From assembly GCA_965220965.1 (NCBI GenBank), contig OZ244852.1:160001-224000 (forward strand): a stretch of 64,000 nucleotides of DNA. Direction: 5' to 3'. Positions within the stretch are counted from its first letter, which is position 1. Every line of letters starts with the position of its first letter. This stretch comes from Candidatus Marinacidobacterium sp. (GTDB lineage: Bacteria; Acidobacteriota; Vicinamibacteria; Marinacidobacterales; Marinacidobacteraceae). Position numbers and translations under genes: made by a program. The notes below the pieces were generated by a model that worked only from the letters and a program-made list of their open reading frames with translations, did not search any database and had not been told where the DNA came from. Below, piece after piece: positions 48,059 through 57,900 of the stretch.

Positions 48059-49888
48059 ATGAGCCGTCCGACAATCCCTGCTTTGCGCAGGCTTCTGACG
48101 ATCGCCGGCGTTGTCCTGACGGGCTTCGCCGTGTCCCACGCCATGGCGGTCTCTTCGGTCCTCGACGCGGCCCGCGCCGGGGACGTGGCCGAGGTCCGCG
48201 CCGGGATCCGCGCGGGTGCGGACGTGAACGCGGCGCAGGCCGACGGGTTCACCGCGCTCCACTGGGCGGCGAAGAACGGAAACCAGGAGATCGCCGCCAT
48301 GCTCGTCGCGGCGGGCGCCGATCTCTCGGCGACGACGCGCCTGGGCCAGCACACCCCGCTCCACGTGGCGGCGGCGGCCGGCCACGCCGACGTCGCGGAA
48401 GCCATCCTGCTTGGGGGCGCCGCTCCCGATCCGGTGACTTCCACCGGCGCGCAGCCCATCCACCTGGCGGCGGCCTCCGGGAGCGCCGATCTGGTCCGTG
48501 TCCTGACGGAGCACGGCGCGCCGGTGGACGCCGGCGAGACGAAGTGGGGGATGACCCCGCTGATGTTCGCCGCGGTCCAGGGCCGCACCGACGCCATCCG
48601 CGCGATCCTGAAGGCCGGCGCCGACCCCTCGCTCACCGCCAACGTGCTGGATGTCGTCGAGCGGGCGCGCTACGACTCCGATGAGCGCCGGGCGCGGCAG
48701 GCGCAGCTCGAGGAGCTGCGGGGGAACAGTGGCGTTCTCCAGGCGGAGCGGCCGCTCACCGCCACCGGGGCCGACCTTCGCGGCGCCGCCGGGACGGTGG
48801 CCGCCGACCTCCGGAACCAGGGGACCGGCGGCGGGAACCCCGAGCCCCCCGACCGGCGCCGACGCCGCCGGAACCCGGACGAGCCCCGGCCGCTCAGCTA
48901 CGAGGAGCGCGTGCGCACCCACGGCGGCCTGACGGCGCTCCACCTCGCCGCCCGCGAGGGGCGGATCGAGACCTCGCTCGCGCTGCTCGAAGGCGGCGCC
49001 GACGTGAACCAGCGCGCCGACGGCAACGACGCGACCCCGCTGCTGACGGCGGTGATCAACGGCCACTTCGACCTCGCGATGGAGCTGCTCGCGCGGGGCG
49101 CCGACGCCACGATGGCCGACCACCAGAACGCTACGCCGCTCTACGGCGCGATCAACACCCAGTGGATCCCGAAGGCCCGCCACCCGCAGCCGGCGGACTA
49201 CCTCCAGCAGAAGACCTCGCACCTCGAGCTCATGCAGGCGCTCATCGACGCCGGCGCCGACGTGAACGCCCGGATCAACAACTCGCTCTGGTACACGGTC
49301 TACAACGTGGACCAGCTCGGCGTGGACCGCAGCGGAGCGACCGCGTTCTGGCGGGCGGCCTACGCGCTCGACATCCCGGCGATGAAGCTGCTGGTGGCGA
49401 ACGGGGCGGATCCCCACATCCCCACGATGAGGGTGCCCGAGCTGCGGCGCCTCCCGATGCTCATCGGCGAGGACGACCCGGATCCCTCCGGGCTGCCTCC
49501 GGTCCCGTTCGGCGGCCCCGCGGTCTATCCGATCCACGCCGCCTCGGGCGTCGGCTACGGCCTCGGGCTGGCGGCCAACTCGCACCGCCACGCCCCGAAC
49601 GCGTGGCACGCGGCCGTCAAGTACCTGGTCGAGGAGTGCGGCGCGGATGTCACCGTGCGCGACCACAACGGCTACAGCACGATCCACCACGCGGCCTCCC
49701 GGGGAGACACCTGGCTCGTTCAGTACCTGATCGACCACGGCGCCGACCCGCTCGCGGTGGCGCGCACCGGTCAGACGACGATCGACCTCGCGAACGGCCC
49801 GGTCCAGCGCATCAATCCCTTCCCGGAGACGATCGCGCTCCTGGCCTCCTACGGCGCCAAGAACAACAACGCCTGCGTCGGCTGCTGA
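48059..49888 (+). CDS. Secreted ankyrin repeat protein with C-terminal CxxC, copy B
   Basis: GGAGG RBS; signal peptide; ankyrin motifs; ends NNNACVGC*. Confidence 0.93.
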   Translation: MSRPTIPALRRLLTIAGVVLTGFAVSHAMAVSSVLDAARAGDVAEVRAGIRAGADVNAAQADGFTALHWAAKNGNQEIAAMLVAAGADLSATTRLGQHTPLHVAAAAGHADVAEAILLGGAAPDPVTSTGAQPIHLAAASGSADLVRVLTEHGAPVDAGETKWGMTPLMFAAVQGRTDAIRAILKAGADPSLTANVLDVVERARYDSDERRARQAQLEELRGNSGVLQAERPLTATGADLRGAAGTVAADLRNQGTGGGNPEPPDRRRRRRNPDEPRPLSYEERVRTHGGLTALHLAAREGRIETSLALLEGGADVNQRADGNDATPLLTAVINGHFDLAMELLARGADATMADHQNATPLYGAINTQWIPKARHPQPADYLQQKTSHLELMQALIDAGADVNARINNSLWYTVYNVDQLGVDRSGATAFWRAAYALDIPAMKLLVANGADPHIPTMRVPELRRLPMLIGEDDPDPSGLPPVPFGGPAVYPIHAASGVGYGLGLAANSHRHAPNAWHAAVKYLVEECGADVTVRDHNGYSTIHHAASRGDTWLVQYLIDHGADPLAVARTGQTTIDLANGPVQRINPFPETIALLASYGAKNNNACVGC

Positions 49889-49927
49889 GCCCACGCCCCG
49901 GGATTCCGGGGCGCCCGGTCCGTCGCG

Positions 49928-50782
49928 ATGACCGTCAACACGATCATTGGCATTGACGCCGCCACCAAGCCGGACAAGACCGGCCTGGCGCTGGCGAAGC
50001 GCAGCGGGGAGGACGACCCGTGGCGGATCAAGTGCGCCACTCTCGCGGAGACGGGCAAGGCTGACCAGAGCGATCCGTGGCGAAAAGCGATCCTCGAGAT
50101 CAAGAAATGGCTTGGCGAGCCGAATGAACCGGCGCTGATCGCGATTGACGCGCCGCTCGGCTGGCCGGACGGCCTCAAGCTGGCGCTTGCCCTGCACGAG
50201 GCGGGAACTCCCGTAGCAGGAGCGATGGACCTGGTGTTCACGCGTCAGACGGACCGCGAGATTCGGGATCGGCTCAAGGAGCCGCTGGATGTCGGCGCGG
50301 ACAGGATCGCGCGAACCGCGCACGCCAGCCTGCGGTTTCTGCACGAGCTTCGCGCCGAGACTCGTCGGCGCCTCCCGCTGGCGTGGGATGCATGCCTCCG
50401 CGAGTCCTCCGTGATCGAGGTCTACCCGGGAGCGACGCTTGTGGCACACGAGATCCCCGCCAGCTACAGCCTCAAGATCAAGGGCAAAAAGGACAAAAGG
50501 AGCTACAGCTACAAGGCCGACGGCGACGCCGGCAAGATGGCGCGGGGATGTCTCATCAACAACGAGAGGCTTCGCGAGCACCTTTCCTTTGACGGCTTCG
50601 TCAGTCACATGACGGAGCACGACCATGTCCTCGACGCCGTGCTCTGCGTGCTCGCCGGCGTGGACTTACTCGAGGGCCGGGCGGTGAAGCCTTGGGACAT
50701 GGCGCAGGCGCGCCGCGAGGGCTGGATCTGGGCGCCAGCGGGGCTCCTGACCGAATCAAAGCGCTGCCTCCGCCAGAGCTGA
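49928..50782 (+). CDS. DUF429 family protein (predicted RNase H-fold nuclease)
   Basis: IIGID, IAIDAPLGWP, R.TD, VIEVYP, LDA..C, EGWIW. Confidence 0.85.
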   Translation: MTVNTIIGIDAATKPDKTGLALAKRSGEDDPWRIKCATLAETGKADQSDPWRKAILEIKKWLGEPNEPALIAIDAPLGWPDGLKLALALHEAGTPVAGAMDLVFTRQTDREIRDRLKEPLDVGADRIARTAHASLRFLHELRAETRRRLPLAWDACLRESSVIEVYPGATLVAHEIPASYSLKIKGKKDKRSYSYKADGDAGKMARGCLINNERLREHLSFDGFVSHMTEHDHVLDAVLCVLAGVDLLEGRAVKPWDMAQARREGWIWAPAGLLTESKRCLRQS

Positions 50783-50918
50783 AGGCAGCGCATGCTCTGG
50801 CGGCTCCCAGAGCGATCGGTCCGGCAGAACGAGACCCGTTGACCCGACTCGGGGCCTCCCGGGCGCGCGCCCCACTACACTCTCAGCCCGCTGTTCCCGC
50901 CCCCCGAGGAGGATCCTG

Positions 50919-51848
50919 ATGCGCCACAAGACCCTGATCCGGCTGGCCCTGACCGCCGCCTTGGCCCTGCTGCTCGCCCCGGCCGCCGCATCCCAGGATG
51001 TCGACTGGGACGCCGTCGAGATCACCACCGAAGACCTGGGCAGCGGCCTCTACGTCCTCTTCGGGCAGGGCGGGAACATCGGCGTCTCGACCGGGCCCGA
51101 CGGTGTGCTGCTGGTGGATGACCAGTACGCCCCGCTGACCGAGAAGATCCTGGCGGCCGTCGGCGAACTCACTGACGAGCCGGTGCGCTTCGTGGTGAAC
51201 ACCCATTGGCACGGCGACCACACCGGCGGGAACGAGAACCTCGGCAAGGCCGGAGCGATCGTGGTGGCCCACGAGAACGTCCGCCGCCGGATGAATCCCG
51301 AGGAGTTCCAGGCTCTGGTGGGACGGTCGCAGCAGGCCGCGCCCGAGGCGCTCCCGGTCGTGACCTTCGATGACGGGGTCACCCTGAACTGGAACGGGCT
51401 CCGGATCGAGGCCGACCACCAGCCCCACGCCCACACCGACGGCGACTCGGTCATCTACTTCGAGGGCGCGAACGTCGTGCACATGGGCGACCTGTTCTTC
51501 CACGGGGCGTTCCCGTTCGTGGACCTGAACTCGGGCGGCCACATCGACGGCGTCATCGCCGCGGCCGAATCGGTCGCGGCCCGCACCGACGAGAACACGA
51601 AGATCGTCCCCGGCCACGGACAGGTGACCGACCGCGCCACCCTGCTGGCCTACGCCGAGGCGCTGCGCGGCGCCCGCGCCCGGGTCGCCGACCGGATCGC
51701 GGCCGGCCAGAGCGAGGAGGTCGTGGTGGCCGACTTCGCGGATGTCATCGCCGGGCTCGGGACCGACATCGGCTGGGCCCCCGACGCCACCGGTTTCGTG
51801 AGCGCCGACCGCTTCGTGGGCTTCGTCTACCAGAGCCTCGCCCGGTAG
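50919..51848 (+). CDS. Secreted MBL-fold metallo-hydrolase (cyclase-like)
   Basis: GGNIG, NTHWHGDHTGGN, AHTDGD, HMGD, VPGHG. Confidence 0.92.
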   Translation: MRHKTLIRLALTAALALLLAPAAASQDVDWDAVEITTEDLGSGLYVLFGQGGNIGVSTGPDGVLLVDDQYAPLTEKILAAVGELTDEPVRFVVNTHWHGDHTGGNENLGKAGAIVVAHENVRRRMNPEEFQALVGRSQQAAPEALPVVTFDDGVTLNWNGLRIEADHQPHAHTDGDSVIYFEGANVVHMGDLFFHGAFPFVDLNSGGHIDGVIAAAESVAARTDENTKIVPGHGQVTDRATLLAYAEALRGARARVADRIAAGQSEEVVVADFADVIAGLGTDIGWAPDATGFVSADRFVGFVYQSLAR

Positions 51849-51920
51849 CGAGGCTGGCGGCCCCGACCCCCGGAGCGCCGCGGGCGTCCGCCGAACCCCG
51901 CGGCCGGGACCTCACCCGTA

Positions 51921-53630
51921 ATGAACTTCAGCACCCGGAACGAGACCTGGCGGAAGCTCATGAGCAACGGGCTCACCTACGAGGTCCCCCGCTTCCAGCG
52001 CGACTACAGCTGGAACGAAGAGCAGTGGGAGGATCTCTGGCAGGACATCCTCGCGACGGTTCGCGGCGACGCGCCGGCCCATTACCTTGGCTACCTGGTG
52101 CTGCGGTCCGAGGACGAGCGCCACTTCGAGATCATCGACGGGCAGCAGCGACTCACCACGCTGAGCGTTCTCGTGATCGCCGGGCTGCGCCAATTGACCG
52201 GGCTGCGAGCGGCGGCGGGGGACCCGACGAGCGTCGACCGGCGCCTTGAGACCTTGCGCCAGGGCTACCTCGGCTATGAGGACCCGGTGACGCTCGTCTC
52301 CGAGCCGAAACTGAAGCTGAACCGGAACAACGACGCCTACTACCGCAACCACCTGCTGCCCCTCTCGGACCCGCTCCCGAGGTACGGCTTCCGGGCCTCG
52401 GAACACCTGCTGCGGCGCGCGTGCGAGTGGTTCGAGTCGCGGCTTGGCGCATACCTCGACGGCGAACCGGATCCCGGAAAGGCGATCGCCGCCCTCGTGG
52501 ACCGCATGAGCGACCGGCTGTTCTTCACAGTCATCACCGTCACCGACGAGCTGAACGCCTACACCGTCTTCGAGACGCTGAACGCCCGGGGCGTGCGGCT
52601 CTCCGCGACCGATCTGCTCAAGAACTACCTCTTCGCCCGGCTTCATGGCGCGGGGCGACACGAAACCGAGATGAAGGCGCTCGAGGAGCGGTGGGACCGC
52701 ATCGTGGACCGGGTCGGCGAGGGGAGTCTGCCGGACTTCGCGCGCACCCACTGGATCAGCCGCCGTCCCCTCGTCCGCCGGTCCGACCTGTTCAAGGCCA
52801 TGCGCCAGGAGATCAGGGACGCGAGGGCGGTCTTTGCGCTCCTCGAAGGCATGGAGGGCGACCTCGACATCTGGCTGGCCCTCATGAAGCCCGATACCTA
52901 CGCGACGGAATGGACCGCCGAGCCCCGGCGCGACGCCGCGCTGCTGAGGATGTTCGGCGTGCGCCAGCCGCTTCCGTTGCTCCTCGCCGCCCACCGGCGC
53001 GTTCCCCGGGAAGCGTTCGACCGGCTTCTCCGCGCCATCGTCGTCCTCTCGTTCCGCTACAACGTCATCGGGAACGGCCAGACGAACGAACAGGAGCGGG
53101 CCTACTCCGCCGAAGCGCAGCGCATCGAGCGACGCGAACACCGGACGCTCGCGGACATTCTTCCAGGACTCTCCTCGGTCTACCCCGGTGACGAGGAGTT
53201 CCGGAACGCCTTCTCCACCAAGGTTCTCGGAACCAGGCAGTCGCGGAACCTGAGGATCGCCCGATATCTCCTCTCGGAGCTCGAACACCAGGAGTCCGGC
53301 GCCCGACCGGACTACGACGACCCCTCGATTTCGGTGGAACACGTGTGTCCGGTGGCGGGCGGCGAAGGGTGGGGGCACATCCCGGATCCGGACCTCGACT
53401 CGATGACGCAGCGACTGGGCAATCTGGTCCTCCTCTCCAGGGGACAGAACCGGACCCTTGGGAGCGCCGACTACGCGACGAAGCAGGCGGCGTATCGCGA
53501 GAGCGGATTTCGGACGACGATCCGGCTGGCCCAGGACCATGACGCCTGGACGCCGGATGCGATCGCGGCGCGCCAGCGTGCGATGGCCAGGACCGCCACC
53601 GCGGTCTGGCGCATTCCGCAGCTCGACTGA
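51921..53630 (+). CDS. DUF262-DUF1524 fused GmrSD-like (type IV restriction) protein
   Basis: VPRFQRDYSW, IIDGQQRLTT, FETLNARG; C-terminal HNH-like SVEHVCP...RLGNLVLL...N. Confidence 0.9.
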   Translation: MNFSTRNETWRKLMSNGLTYEVPRFQRDYSWNEEQWEDLWQDILATVRGDAPAHYLGYLVLRSEDERHFEIIDGQQRLTTLSVLVIAGLRQLTGLRAAAGDPTSVDRRLETLRQGYLGYEDPVTLVSEPKLKLNRNNDAYYRNHLLPLSDPLPRYGFRASEHLLRRACEWFESRLGAYLDGEPDPGKAIAALVDRMSDRLFFTVITVTDELNAYTVFETLNARGVRLSATDLLKNYLFARLHGAGRHETEMKALEERWDRIVDRVGEGSLPDFARTHWISRRPLVRRSDLFKAMRQEIRDARAVFALLEGMEGDLDIWLALMKPDTYATEWTAEPRRDAALLRMFGVRQPLPLLLAAHRRVPREAFDRLLRAIVVLSFRYNVIGNGQTNEQERAYSAEAQRIERREHRTLADILPGLSSVYPGDEEFRNAFSTKVLGTRQSRNLRIARYLLSELEHQESGARPDYDDPSISVEHVCPVAGGEGWGHIPDPDLDSMTQRLGNLVLLSRGQNRTLGSADYATKQAAYRESGFRTTIRLAQDHDAWTPDAIAARQRAMARTATAVWRIPQLD

Positions 53631-53687
53631 TGGCGGAGTCGACCGGGCGCCCGGGCTGGTGAAACGCCGAGCCACGCGGCCTCGCTG

Positions 53688-54959
53688 ATGGACGGCTTCC
53701 GGTTCCTCCACGCCGCGGACATCCATCTGGACAGTCCGCTCCGGGGGCTCGACGGACACGAGCGCGAGATCGCCGAGCGGGTGCGCACGGCGCCGAGGGC
53801 GGCGTTCGAGAACCTGATCGCCCGGGCGATCTCGGCGCCGGTGGACTTCGTCGTGATCGCCGGAGACCTCTACGACGGCTCGTGGCGGGACTACCGGACC
53901 GGGCTGTTCTTCGCCGAGCAGATGGGCCGGCTGCGCGAGGCGGGGATCCCGGCGTTCCTGCTCTACGGGAACCACGACGCCGAGAGCGTCATCACGAAGC
54001 CGCTGTCCCTCCCGGACAACGTGCGCGTCTTCGGGTCCCGGAAGCCGGGAACCTTCACGCTCGACGAACCCGGCGTGGCGCTCCACGGCCAGAGCTTCCG
54101 GGAGAAGGCGGTCACCGACAACCTGGTCCCGGGGTATCCCTCCCCGAGAAAGGGGATGTTCAACATCGGCGTCCTCCACACCGGGCTCGGCGGCGGCTTC
54201 GGGCACGACAGCTACGCGCCCTGCAGCCTGCTCGACCTGACGTCGAAGGGCTACGACTACTGGGCGCTCGGGCACATCCACCAGCGACAGATCCTCCATC
54301 GGGATCCCTTCGTCGTCTTCCCCGGGAACCTCCAGGGCCGCCATGTCCAGGAGACCGGACCCAAGGGCGCTTTCCTCGTGACCGTGAGCGACGGCGCGGT
54401 CGCGGAGTGCGCACCGGTGGATTTCGATGTGGTGCGCTGGATGGACGTTCCGGTGGACGTGAAGGGCGCGGGGAGCCTGGACGAGGCGCTCGAATCCGTC
54501 GGGCGCGCGCTCGAGGCGGCGGCGACCGGGGCCGACGGACGGCTGCTCGTCGCCCGGGTGCGCCTCGAGGGGCGCTGCGCCGCCCACGGTCGCCTCGTCC
54601 GCGATCCGGAGCACGTGCTGAACGAGGCCCGGGCGCTCGCCCTCGGCCTCGCGGCGGACGCCGTCTGGGTCGAGCGGGTGGACATCCGGACCAGGCCGCC
54701 GATGGACGCCGCGTCGCTCCGCCAGCGTCAGGACGCGCTGGGCCAGCTCCAGCGCGCCCTCGACGACGCGCCGGGAGACGACGCCCTGCTGGAGCAGCTC
54801 CGCGAGGACGTGGGCAGGATGGCGGTGCGGTTGCCGCAGGACCTGAAGGATTCGCCCGGCGATGCGGCGCTCGAAGCGGCGGTGGCCGGGGACTTCGCCG
54901 GGCTGGCTCGCCGGGTCGCCCCGCAGGTGGTCGCGAGACTCGTCACCGGAGAGGACTGA
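53688..54959 (+). CDS. Mre11/SbcD-like metallophosphoesterase DNA exonuclease (YhaO type)
   Basis: HAADIHLDSP, AGDLYD, GNHD, YWALGHIH, PGNLQGR. Confidence 0.92.
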   Translation: MDGFRFLHAADIHLDSPLRGLDGHEREIAERVRTAPRAAFENLIARAISAPVDFVVIAGDLYDGSWRDYRTGLFFAEQMGRLREAGIPAFLLYGNHDAESVITKPLSLPDNVRVFGSRKPGTFTLDEPGVALHGQSFREKAVTDNLVPGYPSPRKGMFNIGVLHTGLGGGFGHDSYAPCSLLDLTSKGYDYWALGHIHQRQILHRDPFVVFPGNLQGRHVQETGPKGAFLVTVSDGAVAECAPVDFDVVRWMDVPVDVKGAGSLDEALESVGRALEAAATGADGRLLVARVRLEGRCAAHGRLVRDPEHVLNEARALALGLAADAVWVERVDIRTRPPMDAASLRQRQDALGQLQRALDDAPGDDALLEQLREDVGRMAVRLPQDLKDSPGDAALEAAVAGDFAGLARRVAPQVVARLVTGED

Positions 54960-54962
54960 CCG

Positions 54963-57900
54963 GTGCGGTTCCGGCGCTTCGACCTGGTCCGCTTCGGCCA
55001 CTTCACCGGAGCAACGCTCGATCTGCCGCCCGGGAATCCCGACTTCCATCTGCTTCTCGGCGCGAACGAAGCGGGCAAGACGACCGTGATGCGGGCGGTG
55101 GAGGACCTGCTCTTCGGCTTCCCGGTCCGCACTCCCTACGACTTCCTGCATCCCTACGCGGAGCTTCGCCTTGGCGCGGTGGTCGAGGAGGAGGGAGAGC
55201 AGCTCGAGTTCCTGCGGCGCAAGGGGAGCAAGGACACCGTGCTGGATGCGGAAGGCGCTCCGTTTCCCCGGGGGGAGCGACGGCTCGCGACCTACCTCGG
55301 GGGAGCGGACCGCGACTTCTTCGGACGGATGTTCAACCTCGGCCACGAGCGGCTGGCCCGGGGCGGGCGGGAGATCCTCCAGAGCCACGGGGAGGTGGGC
55401 AAGACCCTCTTTTCGGCGGGTTCCGGCCTGCTCGAGCTGCGGAAGGAAGCCCGACGGCTCGATGAGGAGGCGGAAACGCTGTGGGGGCCGCGGAAGAAGC
55501 GGACGCGCCGCTACACCCAGGCCAGGGACCGGTTCGACACCACGAAGCGTTCGCTCCTGGACACCATCCGACGACCGCAGGAATGGAAGGAGCTTCACCG
55601 GAGAGTGGAGACCTCGGAGGCCGAAGTCGCGAGGCTCCGGGGCGAGGCCGCCGAACGCTCGCGGGAGCAGCGGGTCGCCAGCCGCATCCGCCGCGTCCAC
55701 CCATCGGTTCGGCGGCGCGTCGAACTGGAGGCCTGTCTCGCCGAAGTCGGAGATGTCGCGCTGCTGCCCGAGGACGCGGCGGAGCGCCTCCGGCAGGCGC
55801 AGGCCAGCCGGCGCGAGGGGAACGCGCAGGTGAGCGTGCTCGAGGAACAGCTCGCCACGAAGCGGAAGGAGGCCGACGGCCTCGGGCGCGACGACGAGGT
55901 CATGGCGCGGAGCGAGGGAATCGGGCGCCTTCTGGAAACGCAGAGTCAGGTCAGCGGGATGCGCGCCGACCTCCCGACCCGTCGGGCCGAATGGAAGACC
56001 GCCGGCGAGGAGCTCCTGCGGCAGGCGGCGGAACTCGGGTGGCCCGTTGCGGATCCGGACGCGCTCGCCGGGCGCGTCCCTTCGCGCGCCGATGTCGATC
56101 GGGCGCGCCGCCTCCGCGAGAAGCGGGGAAGCCTCGAGGAGGCGCTTCGGGCCCGGCGGGAAAACCTCGACACCGCCCGCCGTCGGCTGCGGGAGCAGGA
56201 GGCGGGCCTCGCCGGGGGCGGAACCGACGTGGACGCCGAGCGGCTCGCCGAGGTCCTTGCGGCTCACCCGGAGGCGTCGGACCTCGACGCGCGGCTCCGG
56301 CACCTCGAGGAGAAGCTGGGCGATGCCCAGGATCGGGCGGACGAGCTGCTGCCGGGACTTCATCCGGCGCCGCCCGAGGTCCGGGAGCTGGCCGACCTTC
56401 CCGTTCCCCCCAGGCCGACGGTCCGGGAGGCCGGCGAACGGATGCGCGACCTCCGGAACCGGTGCGACGAACTGGAGCGCAGCCTCGCCGTCCAGCGTGG
56501 AGAACTCACCCGGGCGCGGGCCGAGCGGGATCGCCAGGTTCGGGAGGAGGATGCGCCGCCCCGGGAAGCGCTGATCGAGGCCCGGCGCGTCCGGGACGAC
56601 CTCTGGGCCCGGATCCGAAGCCGCCTCGCGGGAGAGCCAGCCGCGGACGAAGAGGATCCGTCGGCGGACTTCGAGGCGGCGGTGCGGACCGCGGACGAGG
56701 CGGCGGACCGGCGGTTCGACCGGGCCGAGGCGGCTGGCCGGCTCGCCGAACTGGATCGGGTGATCCTGGGGCTGGAGGCGGACATCGCGCAGAACGAGGC
56801 AGCGCTCCGGTCGTGCGCCGCGGAGCAGGAGGAGGTCTCGGCGAGGTGGCGGGAGCTCTGGTCGGCGAGCGGCGTCGCGCCGGACTCTCCCGAGGCGATG
56901 CTGGCGTGGCTCGACCGCCGGGACCAGGTCGTTCTCGCGCAGCGGGAGGTCCGCCGTGCGCGGCGCCAGGTGGAGGCCGGTCGCGCCGAAGAGGAGCGCG
57001 CCCGGGAGGACCTTCTGGGAGCGCTGGGCGCAGCCGGGGTTCCGCCGGCGGATTTCCGGAAGCGCCGTATCTCCGCGCTGCTGCGCAAGGCGCAGGAGCT
57101 CGAGCGCGAGTCAAGCGCGACCGCCAGCGACCGCGCGGCCGCCGGCCGGACCCGGTCCGAGCTCGCCGGGCTTCGGGCGCGGGTGGACGCCGCCGAAGCG
57201 GACTGGAAGGCGTGGGAGGAGGCGTGGGACGCCGCGATCCGGGGTCTCGGCCTCGATCCAGGGACGCCCCGCGAGACGCTCCACGAACAGCTCGACCGGT
57301 TCGATGCGATGCGGCAGACCGCGGAGACGATGCGCAACCTGCAGGAACGCCGTATCGGGGCGATGGAGCGGGACATCCGCCGCTTCGAGTCAGCGGTCCT
57401 CGAGTTCGCCGGGTTCGACGCGTCGCTCGACGGCCTCCCCCCCGACGAAGCGGTGACCCGGCTCGGGCGGCGCCTCGAGGCGGCGCGCCGGGACCGCAAG
57501 GAGCGCGCCCGGCTGGAGGAGGAGGTGGCCAGCCTCCGGGCTTCGCTCGCCGAGCGGCAGAAGGCGCTCTCGGAGACCGAGGCGTCGCTCACTCCGCTCC
57601 GGGAGGCCGCCGGGACCGCCAACGGGGATGAGGAGGGTCTGGAGGCCGCAGTCCGGCGCTCCGACGAGCGGCGCAACCTCGAACGCGAGCTCGCCGAGGT
57701 GCGCGAGCGCCTCGACCGCGACGGGGATGGCCTCACCTTCGAGGAGCTCCAGGCCGAGTGCGGCGGGACGGATCCGGAGGAGGCGCGCGCCCGGGAAGAG
57801 GCGGCGTCCGCCGCCCACGATGCGGTCCAGGCGGATCTGCAGCAGGCGGTGACGGAGGCCGCTGAGGCGAAGAGCGCGCTTCGGGCGTTCCACGGCGACG

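Larger units (their letters stand above)
37860..49888 (+). repeat. Tandem duplication of a three-gene cassette (A 37860-44038, B 44049-49888)
   Basis: Equivalent gene starts and stops are offset by 6189 bp (40412/46601, 40446/46635, 41834/48023). Confidence 0.95.

Noticed and set aside
37860-49888. Diversity-generating retroelement as the cause of the variable/constant pattern
   Set aside because: No reverse transcriptase in the window; differences are not adenine-specific and include many synonymous changes.
50919-51848. MBL-fold protein as a beta-lactam resistance gene
   Set aside because: Motifs (GGNIG, HWHGDHTGGN, HMGD) fit the widespread cyclase-like subgroup; resistance cannot be inferred.
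51912-56363. Very long antisense ORFs (1483 aa here; also 2196..5702, 7983..10607, 37425..40244, 47981..50626)
   Set aside because: Shadow frames of real high-GC genes on the opposite strand, with no recognisable motifs.
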